DNA from: Eubacteriales bacterium
GTDB lineage: Bacteria > Bacillota > Clostridia > Oscillospirales > CAG-272
Reading direction: 5' to 3'
NCBI GenBank assembly: GCA_045577415.1
Contig: JAZNII010000094.1
Span: forward strand, 1,434 to 65,433
Length of the DNA stretch: 64,000 nt
This document shows positions 21,179-30,967 of this stretch, piece by piece. The notes beneath the pieces are model-generated. The model was not told where the DNA came from. It worked only from the letters and a program-made list of their open reading frames with translations, and did not search any database. How positions within the stretch are numbered: the stretch's first letter is position 1; each line of letters begins with the position of its first letter. The translations under genes and the position numbers were made by a program.

Positions 21179-23037
21179 CAGAGCATCTCCAAAATCTTGA
21201 AGCTGTCGGCAAGGAATGCTTTAAGCTCGTCGGCGGTCATGTGTCTTTGAGAAATGAGAGTAAGACGGTAAATGTCCTTTGCGATAAGCCTTGCCTTATC
21301 GGTGTCGCTATCATTTATTGCGGCAAGCTTGGAGATAAGAGGAGAGGACGAATTAAGTACGAGAGTGTATTCCGTGGGGAAAGCTCCGCCCATATCCATG
21401 CCCATGCTTGCATACATCTTCATCATGTCCTCCATGCGTCGGGATTCCTCGGAGAGAGTAAGCAAGGCAGGAACGCTTGCATCCTTAAGAATCTCAAACT
21501 TGACATCGAGCTTTTCGTCGCCTACCGCGTCCTTAAAGAGGGAAGCAATAGCTTCGTTTTCAACCGCCTCGCCGTCACCCTTAAGTATATCGGAGATGTC
21601 GGAGTCGATTCTCTTGTATTTGACGTCACTGTCGTTCATCTCGCACATGCCGATAAATTGGGTATCAAGCTGATGGTTGAGCAGTGCGATCTTGATGCCT
21701 TCTGCCTCAAGCATTGAAATATATTGTGCTTGGAGAGCTTTATCGGTAGCGTAATATATCTCGCCCTTGTGTTTCTCCTCACAATCCTTGAGGTATTCGT
21801 CAGCGGTCATAAAGCTACCGTCGGTAAGCTCCAACAGATAACATTTCTTAACTCTGTCGTAGAATTTTTTGTCACGAAGCGCGGCGTACTCAAAGAATAT
21901 CTTAAGCTCGCTCCAGATCTTTTCGTATTTCTCTCTGTCATTGTTGCAAAGGGAGCAGATCTTGTCGGCAACCTTCTTTACGATGTGGGCGGATACCTTT
22001 TTAACGTAAGCGTTATCCTGGAGATAGCTTCTTGAAACATTCAAGGGAAGCTCGGGGCAATCAAGCACGCCTTTGAGCATAAGCAGAAAGTCGGGAATTA
22101 CTTCCTTTATATCGTCTGCAACGAATACCTGATTGTAGAATAGCTTTACTTGACCCTCGTATGACTCATACTCGTTAAGTCTTGCAGGGAAATAAAGTAT
22201 GCCCTTGAAATTGAGAGGATAGTCCGCATTAATGTGAATATGGAAAAGCGGTTCTTTATAATCGTGAAATACTTTCTTGTAAAATTCGCCGTATTCCTCA
22301 TCGGTACAATCAGACGCGTTCTTGAGCCAAATCGGAGAGGTCTCGTTGATGGGGGTATCAACATTTTCTTCGGTATCTTCCGCGTTATCCTTGCTTTCAT
22401 CTCCCTCAACTGTGAAGAAAATATCCACCGACATAAACGCGCAGTATTTATCAAGTATTTCACGTGTTTTGGCTTCTTCAAGATAAGCTGCCTCGTCGTC
22501 GGAAATATGCATAATAACGTCGGTACCGTGTTCTTTTCTGTCTCCGTCCTCAATTTCGTACTCTCCGGCACCGTTACAGACCCAACGGAGAGCCTTGGAA
22601 TCGGTGTATGATTTAGTAACCACCTCTACTGTGTCGGAAACCATAAAAGAAGAATAAAAACCAAGACCGAAGTGACCGATTATGCCGTTATTTTGGTTGT
22701 TCTCGTCATACTTCTGAATAAAATCAAGCGCTCCCGAAAGTGCTATGGAGCAGATATATTTTTCAAGCTCCTCCTCGGTCATACCAATGCCGTTGTCTGA
22801 AACGGTAAGGGTCTTTGCTTCTTTATCCAGGGTAACTCTTACCGCGTATTTTTCCTCGCCGCAGTCGTATTCTCCGAGAGATGCGAGCCTGCGAAGCTTG
22901 GTTATTGCGTCGGTCGCGTTGGAAACGATCTCTCGAAGAAAAATATCCTTTTCGGAATAAAGCCATTTTTTGATTATAGGGAATATATGGGCGGTCTCAA
23001 CCGAAATACCGCCTTTTTTTGTGTTGTTTTCGCTCAT
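21178..23037 (-). CDS. htpG: Molecular chaperone HtpG (Hsp90)
   Basis: LYSEKDIFLREIVSNATDAITKLR; IGHFGLGFYSSFMV; 619 aa. Confidence 0.97.
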   Translation of the reverse strand: MSENNTKKGGISVETAHIFPIIKKWLYSEKDIFLREIVSNATDAITKLRRLASLGEYDCGEEKYAVRVTLDKEAKTLTVSDNGIGMTEEELEKYICSIALSGALDFIQKYDENNQNNGIIGHFGLGFYSSFMVSDTVEVVTKSYTDSKALRWVCNGAGEYEIEDGDRKEHGTDVIMHISDDEAAYLEEAKTREILDKYCAFMSVDIFFTVEGDESKDNAEDTEENVDTPINETSPIWLKNASDCTDEEYGEFYKKVFHDYKEPLFHIHINADYPLNFKGILYFPARLNEYESYEGQVKLFYNQVFVADDIKEVIPDFLLMLKGVLDCPELPLNVSRSYLQDNAYVKKVSAHIVKKVADKICSLCNNDREKYEKIWSELKIFFEYAALRDKKFYDRVKKCYLLELTDGSFMTADEYLKDCEEKHKGEIYYATDKALQAQYISMLEAEGIKIALLNHQLDTQFIGMCEMNDSDVKYKRIDSDISDILKGDGEAVENEAIASLFKDAVGDEKLDVKFEILKDASVPALLTLSEESRRMEDMMKMYASMGMDMGGAFPTEYTLVLNSSSPLISKLAAINDSDTDKARLIAKDIYRLTLISQRHMTADELKAFLADSFKILEML

Positions 23038-23080
23038 TTTTTACCTCAAGTTTTGAAATTTAATATAATTGCACAAATTT

Positions 23081-23109
23081 ATTATATACCTTTTTTGTTT
23101 ATAAGTCAA
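23081..23109 (-). promoter_or_regulatory. Sigma-A promoter TTGACT-17nt-TATAAT for htpG
   Basis: Read on the minus strand: -35 at 23104-23109 and -10 at 23081-23086. Confidence 0.6.
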
Positions 23110-23230
23110 TAGGAATGGAGTGCAGAGACGCAAAGTTTTTAATTTATTTAAAAATTATTATATATTCACAGATTAATAACATCTGCATTGTATAATGAAT
23201 GTATATTTATGTCGAATCGGAGGGTGTGTA

Positions 23231-24094
23231 ATGACCATAACAATTCCCGCGTATGCAAAGATAAATTTGTTTTTGGATATAGATTCTTTAAGGGATAATG
23301 GATATCACAATATTGTCAGTATTATGCAGAGTGTAAGCTTGCATGACGATATTACGGTGTCATATTCTTCTGATGATGTCAAAAGCATAAGCGTTTTCTG
23401 TGACAATTTCGACATTCCTTGCGATAAAAGCAATCTTGTTTACAAGGCGGCGGACATCTTTCCCGCAACCGGAAAAATCAACGTCAACATCTGTAAACGC
23501 ATCCCCGTCTCCGCAGGTCTTGCGGGAGGAAGCGCCGATGCTGCGGCAACTCTTATTGCTTTGAATGAGGTGACAGGTAACAGACTTTCAGAGGACGAGC
23601 TTTGCACGCTTGGCGCCCGTCTCGGCGCAGACGTTCCTTTCTGCATAAAGAGAGGCGCTTGTCTTGTAGAGGGAATAGGCGAGAAATTGACACCCGTAGC
23701 ATCAATGCCACGTTTTCCTATCGTAATAGCTAAAAAAGGAGAGGGAATGTCCACTCCTGCCGCATATAAGGCTCTTGACGTAAAATTTGATAATTTTACC
23801 GATTATGTCCCCAATACCGGACGCTGTGATATTCTTTTTGATCCCGATAGCCGTTTTAATCCCGAAAGCTTTTGCAGAGGATTGTTCAATATTTTTGAGA
23901 CGGTAGTCGAGTCTGAAAGACCTGCGGTTACAGAGTTGAAGGAGATAATGCTTTCAGCGAATGCCGCGGGCGCTATGATGAGCGGAAGCGGAACCTCGGT
24001 CTTTGGAATATTTGACAACGAGACCGACGCCAAAGGCGCATTGACCGATCTGAAGGCTTGCGGAGCAGAGGCTCATCTGTGTTATCCGTTGTGA
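23231..24094 (+). CDS. ispE: 4-(cytidine 5'-diphospho)-2-C-methyl-D-erythritol kinase
   Basis: AYAKINLFLDI; GHMP motif PVSAGLAGGSADAAA. I prefer the ATG at 23231 (GGAGGG RBS) over the track start at 23195. Confidence 0.93.
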   Translation: MTITIPAYAKINLFLDIDSLRDNGYHNIVSIMQSVSLHDDITVSYSSDDVKSISVFCDNFDIPCDKSNLVYKAADIFPATGKINVNICKRIPVSAGLAGGSADAAATLIALNEVTGNRLSEDELCTLGARLGADVPFCIKRGACLVEGIGEKLTPVASMPRFPIVIAKKGEGMSTPAAYKALDVKFDNFTDYVPNTGRCDILFDPDSRFNPESFCRGLFNIFETVVESERPAVTELKEIMLSANAAGAMMSGSGTSVFGIFDNETDAKGALTDLKACGAEAHLCYPL

Positions 24095-24104
24095 TAAAAA
24101 CAAA

Positions 24105-24133
24105 ATCCGCATCTGCCAAAAACAGATGCGGAT
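24105..24133. terminator. Bidirectional intrinsic terminator (ispE / ACP)
   Basis: Hairpin ATCCGCATCTG-ccaaaaa-CAGATGCGGAT, with an A-run on the upstream side. Confidence 0.75.
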
Positions 24134-24150
24134 AATGTATTAAAAATAAC

Positions 24151-24375
24151 TCAGGTATGAGACTCAAGGTAATCTACAACGTCACCAACGGTAATGAAGC
24201 CGTGCAGATCTTCGTCCTCGATCGTAAGATCGAATTTTTCCTCGCAAAGCATAACGAGGTCTGCCAATTCTATGGAATTGATACCAAGATCAGAAGCAAG
24301 CTCTGCGTCAAGAGTAATAACCTCTTCCTTTACCTGAAGTTCTTCCATAAGAATATTTTTGAGTGTTTCAAACAT
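24151..24375 (-). CDS. Acyl carrier protein-like (stand-alone)
   Basis: 4'-phosphopantetheine site context DLGINSIELADLV; 74 aa, acidic. The ATG at 24375 has a GGAG RBS 8 nt upstream. Confidence 0.8.
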   Translation of the reverse strand: MFETLKNILMEELQVKEEVITLDAELASDLGINSIELADLVMLCEEKFDLTIEDEDLHGFITVGDVVDYLESHT

Positions 24376-24508
24376 ATCAAAATCTCCAATCCGTCGCAAA
24401 AGCGACATATATTGACTATATTATATATATTTTTTGCAGCTTTGTCAAGCAATTTTTGAAAAAAGTTGTATTTTGTCATTTTTATAAAAATTTATTTCTA
24501 AGAAGGGA

Positions 24509-26824
24509 GTGGGAACGATCAACGTTTTTTATAGAAGACCCTTATTTTTGTCTTGTGTTACGTTCTTGCTCTTTTCGGTAATAGGTTATTTTGTCCCCGG
24601 CAGTTATAAGCTTCTTTTGTTATCGATTGCGATTTTAGTTGCAGTAGTATTTTTTCTCTTGCGCTTTGTGCTAAAAAGAATTTCTCCCTTTGTTTTTTTA
24701 TGTGCGGTGTTATCGGTCCTTATGTCGGTTACTGCTCTGAGTTCTTCGTATCTTTTTTTCAACGTTGAAGCAAAGGCGATAGAGAAATATCATAACGAAT
24801 ATCACAGTATTGAAGGTTTAGTAATATCAGAACGCTATTACGGAACAAACCTTTCGGGATTTGACGTTATAGTTACTGAGATCGACGGCAAGGCTACCTA
24901 TCATAAGGCAACCCTGTCATGCCAATACACGTCGATTTTAAATTCGGGAGATAAGTTCGAAGCAAAGGTGTACGGTGCCGCTTTTGAGAGTACTTCGGGA
25001 AGCTACAACGAGAAACTTGCGATGCACTCTGACAGGATATTTATTGATTATTTGTCGGAGGATGAATTTGCGGTTGAGATAATTGATGAAAACGTATTTC
25101 ACCCTAAGCTCTTTTTTAAAGATCTTAATAAAAGAATATCCTCGGTATTTAGACAGAAGCTTGACGGACAGACCGCCGACATGTGTTCTGCTATCTTTCT
25201 CGGCAATAGGGATGCATTATCAAATACAGTGAGACGCGACTTTACCAGAGCAGGGGCGGCGCATATCCTTGCGCTCAGTGGAATGCACATGAGCATTATT
25301 ATGGGATTTTTTATGCTCGTGCTTAAAAAACTGAGAATCGATCGCAAGATTATCGCAGTTATTCTTTCAGTGTGTGCCGTATTTTATCTTTTTCTTACGG
25401 GATTTCAGATATCTGCGGCAAGGTCGGTGATCATGCTGCTCTGCGTTTATGCATCGTGGCTTTTGAAACAATCACCCGACCCTTTGACGTCTCTTATGAT
25501 ATCCGCGACGGCACTTATGCTGATGTTCCCGGGATCGGTCATTGATGCCGCGTATTGGATGTCATTTGCGGCAACTCTCGGTATTCTTGTTTATATGCAA
25601 CCGTTTACCGAGCATATAAGAGACTTGCTCTCACCTTACAATATACCGAATTTCTTGAAAAGATGGGTAATAAGGTTAACGGCTTTTATCGCAACGTCGA
25701 TCTTTGCTATGGTTCCTCTAATCATAGTACTATGTATCTTTATCAAGCAATATTCGTTTTATTCAATTATTTCGTCCGTGGTATTGTCACTGCCAACGGC
25801 GGGAATTATATTAATATCCTTGCTGTTTATCATTTTTTCAAATGTAGGAGCGATCTCTGCTTTTTTAGCTAACGCATTGACTACTCTGACCGAATTTATG
25901 ATCGGATTTTGCGAAAATCTCTCGGATACCGAAAACGCCGTTGTTTCGTTGAACTATCCCTTTATTCTGATCATAGCAGCTATTATAGGTATAGCTTTGA
26001 TGTATTCCTTGATTGTCGATCATAGAAATATGTTTATTTCCTTGATCCCATACGTTGTTGCAATAATTATCTTTGTTTCCGCAATTTCGTTATATATCGG
26101 TTCGGGACGTGGAGGTGTTAACGTAACGTACATAAACGCATCATCGCAAACGGATATGCTGGTCATGACCGATAGTATCGGAAACGCTGTGATATGCGAT
26201 GTGGGAGGCGGAAGTAAGTCGTCATATTATCTGGCATTGGATACTCTGTATTCCGAGAGAGCGACCGAGATCAAGTCTATCGTGTTGACTAAGTATGCCA
26301 CGATCCATTCCTCATCATTATATGAAATGTTTACGTCTGAAAAGGTGAGAGAACTGTGGGTTCCATATCCTGAGACCGATGATGATTATTATAAAATGAT
26401 GTTCGTGTCGGAGCTTGCAGAAAGGTATGGGGTAGAAGTACGCGTTTATGAATATGGAGAACGCTTATATGTTTTTGAGCATACGACCATAGTTATAAAC
26501 AATTATTATATTGACCGCTCTGTGAGACCTATTTCCTTGGTTTCGGTTACCACGAGAAATGATAGATTGACGTATTGCTCGCCTGCATTCAACGAATGTG
26601 ACGCAACAGACGATATCTATGCCGAGTTTTGCAAATCTGAGTTTATAGTTTTCGGAGACGCGGGACCGAAGTCAAAAACCTATTACAGTATTCCCCCAAA
26701 CGACGTTACCGAGGTTGTGGCGTTTAGTGACGATATTAGAGTTTCTTATTTTAAAGAAAACGGGACGAACAACGCAAAATACTATAAGGTTTCGGATGTT
26801 TGCAGATTTAGGTTAGAAGAATAA
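24509..26824 (+). CDS. comEC: ComEC/Rec2-family DNA internalisation channel protein
   Basis: Competence-domain motif AHILALSGMHMSII and many TM segments. The C-terminal region is beta-lactamase-fold-like but lacks HxHxDH. Start uncertain (GTG). Confidence 0.85.
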   Translation: MGTINVFYRRPLFLSCVTFLLFSVIGYFVPGSYKLLLLSIAILVAVVFFLLRFVLKRISPFVFLCAVLSVLMSVTALSSSYLFFNVEAKAIEKYHNEYHSIEGLVISERYYGTNLSGFDVIVTEIDGKATYHKATLSCQYTSILNSGDKFEAKVYGAAFESTSGSYNEKLAMHSDRIFIDYLSEDEFAVEIIDENVFHPKLFFKDLNKRISSVFRQKLDGQTADMCSAIFLGNRDALSNTVRRDFTRAGAAHILALSGMHMSIIMGFFMLVLKKLRIDRKIIAVILSVCAVFYLFLTGFQISAARSVIMLLCVYASWLLKQSPDPLTSLMISATALMLMFPGSVIDAAYWMSFAATLGILVYMQPFTEHIRDLLSPYNIPNFLKRWVIRLTAFIATSIFAMVPLIIVLCIFIKQYSFYSIISSVVLSLPTAGIILISLLFIIFSNVGAISAFLANALTTLTEFMIGFCENLSDTENAVVSLNYPFILIIAAIIGIALMYSLIVDHRNMFISLIPYVVAIIIFVSAISLYIGSGRGGVNVTYINASSQTDMLVMTDSIGNAVICDVGGGSKSSYYLALDTLYSERATEIKSIVLTKYATIHSSSLYEMFTSEKVRELWVPYPETDDDYYKMMFVSELAERYGVEVRVYEYGERLYVFEHTTIVINNYYIDRSVRPISLVSVTTRNDRLTYCSPAFNECDATDDIYAEFCKSEFIVFGDAGPKSKTYYSIPPNDVTEVVAFSDDIRVSYFKENGTNNAKYYKVSDVCRFRLEE

Positions 26825-26841
26825 AAAAGGAAAACAGACAA

Positions 26842-27645
26842 ATGAAAATCAGTAAATATAAAATAGAGACAGACAAGAAGGGAATTTGCCTTAAGCTGGC
26901 GGTTGTGTCCGATCTTCACGCAAGACCTTATAAACAAGTAGTTGAAGCGTTAGAAACGATAAAACCCGACGCGATCCTCATGCCGGGAGACATCGTAGAG
27001 ATCGCGGCAGATTACATGAATAAAAGAAATCAAAACGGATTGAATTTTCTTGAGACCGCATCAAGGATTGCACCATGCTACTATTGCTACGGAAATCACG
27101 AGATCTTTTATTCCCACGCTAAATTTGGGCATTCCAAAACTCCTGATGAAAAATTAGGATTGGAGTATCTGGATCGCATCAACTCTTACGGTATAAATAT
27201 AGTGAACGATAAATATACAGAGATAAAGCTTTCAGGCAAAAACGGTAGTCAAGATGTAGAAAAGATCTTGGTGGGAGGACTTGTTTGCGGCAGAGATATG
27301 GATCCATCGCTAAATATGCCGTTGCCAAATTTTGAATTTCTGTCTGAATTTAACGCGGAAGATGGATTTAAGATATTACTGTGCCACTATCCGCATTATT
27401 ATGAAAAGCATCTCAAGGGTTCGAGCTTTGATCTGATACTGTCGGGACACGCTCACGGTGGACAGTGGAGATTTTTCGGCAGGGCGGTATATGCGCCGCA
27501 TCAAGGCATATTGCCCCAATACACATCGGGAATATATGACGGCAGACACATTATCAGCCGCGGAGCTTCAAACAACGTAAAGCCGATCCCTCGCCTTTTC
27601 AATCCGTGTGAGGTCTTGGAAATACAGATCGAAAGTAAAAAATAG
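26842..27645 (+). CDS. Metallophosphoesterase (calcineurin-like)
   Basis: VVSDLHA; PGDIVE; GNHE; SGHAHGGQ. Confidence 0.85.
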   Translation: MKISKYKIETDKKGICLKLAVVSDLHARPYKQVVEALETIKPDAILMPGDIVEIAADYMNKRNQNGLNFLETASRIAPCYYCYGNHEIFYSHAKFGHSKTPDEKLGLEYLDRINSYGINIVNDKYTEIKLSGKNGSQDVEKILVGGLVCGRDMDPSLNMPLPNFEFLSEFNAEDGFKILLCHYPHYYEKHLKGSSFDLILSGHAHGGQWRFFGRAVYAPHQGILPQYTSGIYDGRHIISRGASNNVKPIPRLFNPCEVLEIQIESKK

Positions 27646-27654
27646 TAAAAAACG

Positions 27655-27689
27655 ATACGGGAATCAGTGTTACTGATTCCCGTATTTTA
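27655..27689. terminator. Bidirectional intrinsic terminator
   Basis: Hairpin ATACGGGAATCAG-tgtta-CTGATTCCCGTAT followed by TTTT. It overlaps the last codons of the convergent 158-aa ORF. Confidence 0.7.
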
Positions 27690-28146
27690 TACAACCAAGC
27701 TCATCTAAAATCTTGTCAAGCTCTTTGTCGCTGTTTACCTTTATTCCGATTGAGAGATCCTGTCTGTCGGAGGCGGGTAGTGAAGCAATAACGATGCTTT
27801 TCTCGTCAACAAGTAAGTTTTCCTCGTTATATATTCCTACCATGCCGTTATGATCCTTAACAGTATAGTGTGTTTCGATCTTATTGTCTTGCGGTTGGGC
27901 ATCGGATTGATTAATTCCCATATTCGAGCCATCTGCATCGCAAATAGACGCGTTTTGAGCCTTCAACTGTCTTGTTAACGAGTTTATAACGGTACGAAGA
28001 TCAAATATTCTGTTTTTGAGATCGTTTATGCCTGATCTCATTTTATTATACGATTCTTTAGCTTTATAATTTGAATAGGCGCTAAGGAGCGATGCTGAAA
28101 GCAACGCAGTCGCAGTAGCAAACCGAGCCATTTTTACAAGTTTCAT
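27670..28146 (-). CDS. Hypothetical secreted or membrane-anchored protein (C-terminal BofC_C-like beta domain is possible)
   Basis: N-terminal signal/anchor MARFATATALLSASLLSAY, a coiled segment, then YTVKDHNGMVGIY...SLPASDRQDLSIGIKV. AGAGGT RBS. Confidence 0.5.
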   Translation of the reverse strand: MKLVKMARFATATALLSASLLSAYSNYKAKESYNKMRSGINDLKNRIFDLRTVINSLTRQLKAQNASICDADGSNMGINQSDAQPQDNKIETHYTVKDHNGMVGIYNEENLLVDEKSIVIASLPASDRQDLSIGIKVNSDKELDKILDELGCIKYGNQ

Positions 28147-28269
28147 CTATATATACCTCTGCTTATCATAAGAATTAAAAATTACACTCGTATTTTTTGC
28201 AGCTTTAACTGATATAATTCGTCTTTTGCGGAAAAATATATTTGCGGAAGTAACGGAGGGTAAATAAAG

Positions 28270-30324
28270 ATGAAACGTTTTTTGAAGGTTTTACTTATTG
28301 TTATAACAGTGGCGTCGTTGGTATCAACTACCGTAATATCGATCGGAGCGGTTTATTTGTCTCGATATTCAGGCAGCAGAGTTAACGAGGAGCTGCTTAA
28401 AAATGACCCTTATTCGGGCAAAACCGAATTTTATTACTTCGATTTTGATGAAACTAACGGCAAATGCGCTGTGCCGAGAAAAATAGAAGGAGCTTATCTT
28501 GATAACGGCATTAAATATAAATACACATCCTTTGGAGAACTTCCCGATAATCTTATCAACGCCTTTATTGCTATTGAGGACAAACGCTTTTACGAACATA
28601 GAGGTATAGATATACTTCGTAGCGGAAAGGCGGTTGTAAGCTACGTTTGGGGCGATGGAGGCTTTGGAGGATCCACCATAACTCAGCAGCTTGTAAAAAA
28701 TATTACGGGACGAAATGAGATAACGGTTGACCGTAAGCTTTCGGAAGCCTTTTCCGCCTTAAGACTTGAACAAGATTTAGACAAGAGCGAGATATTGGAG
28801 CAATATCTGAACGTTATTAATCTATCCGAGGGGTGTAGGGGGGTTGGCGCGGCGGCAGAGCTTTTTTATTCAAAGCAAGTAAAAGATCTGACCCTTTCCG
28901 AATCTGCCACGATAGCCGCTATTACCAATAATCCGTCACTTTATAATCCGATAAAGCATCCCGAAAACAATATCAAGAGACGAAATATCGTTCTTGAGTG
29001 TATGTACGAACAAAATTATATTACTAAAGACGAATATGAAGATGCGGTTAGCCAACCTATAACGCTTGATCTTTCTGTGGACGCGGATAGGAGGATAAAT
29101 TCTTGGTATATTGATATGGTTACGGAGGACGTGATAAACGACCTTTGCGCAAAATTCGGACTAACTACAAGCTCTGCCTCTTTGATGCTTTACAGAGGCG
29201 GATTTAAGATATACACTGCCATGGATGCAGAGATACAGAAAACAGTTGAAGGGTATTACTCCGACGAATATAATTTTCCAATAGACGATCAAGGAAATAT
29301 GGCTCAATCTGCGATGATCGTTATTGACCCGTATACGGGAGACATTCTTGGCGTCGCTGGAGCGATAGGTGAAAAAAAAGGGAACCGTCTGCAAAGCTTT
29401 GCAACAAACACCAAACGTCCTCCCGGATCAACGATCAAACCGCTTTCCGTATATGCGCCCGCCATTGATAAAGGACTTATCAGTTGGTCATCGCAAATAG
29501 ACGATTCCCCCGTTGTCGCGGAAACAGATAAGAGTCGCGCGTGGCCGCAAAACGTTGACAGAAAATACGTAGGACCTGTTGACGTAAAATACGCAATAGA
29601 GCATTCGTTGAATACTGTTGCGGTAAAAGTCCTTGACCTTGTGGGAGCAGAGAAATCGATGGATTTTTTGAAAAATAAGTTGTTGCTATCAAGTCTCGAT
29701 GAAAAGCATGATATAGGTCCTGCATCTCTCGCTTTGGGACAACCCTCCAATGGAGTGACACTTCGCGAGTTAACCGCGGCGTATTCGATTTTTCAAGAGG
29801 GAATTATGAGCAAGCCTCGCTCATATTATAAAGTTACCGATGCCGCAGGCAGAATAATTCTTGATAATACGCCAAAACAGGAGGCGGTCATATCAAGAGA
29901 GAGCGCCGCAATAATGACGAAGCTTCTTCAAACGGTGGTGGATTCAGGAACCGCATCGGGAAAGATAACCCTTGATAATAGAATTGAGGTTGCAGGCAAA
30001 TCGGGCACCTCAGGAAACAGCTGCGACAGATTTTTCATAGGCTACACCCCCGAGATTCTTGCAGGAGTATGGTTTGGATACGAATATCCCAAAACCCTTG
30101 AAGGGTTTGGAGGAAATCTGTCGGTCTATATTTGGGACGACGTTGTAAGTGAGATATATGGGAACAGCAAGCGATACGGAAAATCGAGCTTTACAGTTCC
30201 CGATACGGTACAGAAGTTGACCTATAAAAAGCCAAACACCGTCCAAAATAATGGCGATGGGGGATTGACGGAATACACCTTTGATGACGGTTGGTTTAAT
30301 ATTAAATTTCATAAAGACGAATGA
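28270..30324 (+). CDS. Class A penicillin-binding protein (glycosyltransferase + transpeptidase)
   Basis: GT51 motifs AIEDKRFYEHRGID, GGSTITQQ and RKLSE. Transpeptidase motifs STIKP, SLN and KSGTS. Confidence 0.93.
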   Translation: MKRFLKVLLIVITVASLVSTTVISIGAVYLSRYSGSRVNEELLKNDPYSGKTEFYYFDFDETNGKCAVPRKIEGAYLDNGIKYKYTSFGELPDNLINAFIAIEDKRFYEHRGIDILRSGKAVVSYVWGDGGFGGSTITQQLVKNITGRNEITVDRKLSEAFSALRLEQDLDKSEILEQYLNVINLSEGCRGVGAAAELFYSKQVKDLTLSESATIAAITNNPSLYNPIKHPENNIKRRNIVLECMYEQNYITKDEYEDAVSQPITLDLSVDADRRINSWYIDMVTEDVINDLCAKFGLTTSSASLMLYRGGFKIYTAMDAEIQKTVEGYYSDEYNFPIDDQGNMAQSAMIVIDPYTGDILGVAGAIGEKKGNRLQSFATNTKRPPGSTIKPLSVYAPAIDKGLISWSSQIDDSPVVAETDKSRAWPQNVDRKYVGPVDVKYAIEHSLNTVAVKVLDLVGAEKSMDFLKNKLLLSSLDEKHDIGPASLALGQPSNGVTLRELTAAYSIFQEGIMSKPRSYYKVTDAAGRIILDNTPKQEAVISRESAAIMTKLLQTVVDSGTASGKITLDNRIEVAGKSGTSGNSCDRFFIGYTPEILAGVWFGYEYPKTLEGFGGNLSVYIWDDVVSEIYGNSKRYGKSSFTVPDTVQKLTYKKPNTVQNNGDGGLTEYTFDDGWFNIKFHKDE

Positions 30325-30375
30325 TTCTTCATAAACTGTGTTAACGACCGTTAACACAGTTTTTTGAGGTGCGAT

Positions 30376-30876
30376 ATGTCTGTAAAAGCAAAAAACAATA
30401 ATCTTTCCTTGATAATGGGCTGCATTTTTGCCGTTATCGGTATTGCCGTTATATTTACATCGGGCAGTCCATTTGATCTGATGCATAAAATAAGCATGCA
30501 TCAGATCATGCCTCCAATATGGTTGTGGTGCTTGTCTACAGTCATTTTTGATTTCTTGGTGGGCTTTGCTCTCGGACTGGTCTGTGCAGAGATCTTTTCC
30601 AAGCACATCTGCAGAGAAAGGGAAGTAAGCGCATATCAGGGGTGTATATTTTTTATTGCGTCATTTTTGCTGTTTTTGGCTCATTATCCAATGCTTTTCG
30701 TGGCGGAAAGATTGGTGTTGGCACTCTTAATTGCTATTGTCTCGTTAGTATGCGCGGGAATTTGTTTTGTGTTTTGGACAAAAATCTCGCCAATGGCTGC
30801 CATAATAACAGGAGTCTATGTGCTTTGGCTTGCTTACTTATCGTTTATAAATGGCTATATTATCTTGAATATATAA
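30376..30876 (+). CDS. TspO/MBR-like five-TM membrane protein (tentative)
   Basis: About 165 aa with five hydrophobic segments. MPPIWLWCLSTVIF and the C-terminal VLWLAYLSFINGYI resemble TspO helices 1-2 and 5. GAGG RBS precedes the ATG at 30376. Confidence 0.5.
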   Translation: MSVKAKNNNLSLIMGCIFAVIGIAVIFTSGSPFDLMHKISMHQIMPPIWLWCLSTVIFDFLVGFALGLVCAEIFSKHICREREVSAYQGCIFFIASFLLFLAHYPMLFVAERLVLALLIAIVSLVCAGICFVFWTKISPMAAIITGVYVLWLAYLSFINGYIILNI

Positions 30877-30900
30877 ATAACAAATTTTGCAAAATATCTA

Positions 30901-30929
30901 TTGACAAACTCTGAAAAGTATAGTATAAT
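30901..30929 (+). promoter_or_regulatory. Consensus sigma-A promoter TTGACA-17nt-TATAAT
   Basis: TTGACA at 30901-30906 and TATAAT at 30924-30929, upstream of the lipoprotein gene. Confidence 0.65.
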
Positions 30930-30967
30930 CTATTTTAGTTATTAATACCTTTTTGGAGGAAAGTTTG

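Noticed and set aside
23095-23145. CIRCE or CtsR heat-shock operator upstream of htpG (GAGTGC and AGTCAATA fragments)
   Set aside because: Only single half-sites are present. There is no TTAGCACTC-N9-GAGTGCTAA inverted repeat and no tandem GGTCAAA heptads.
28225-28249. Direct repeat TTTGCGGAA x2 (16-nt period) in the PBP leader, downstream of a TGaTATAAT element
   Set aside because: It is short and could arise by chance, and no supporting context exists.
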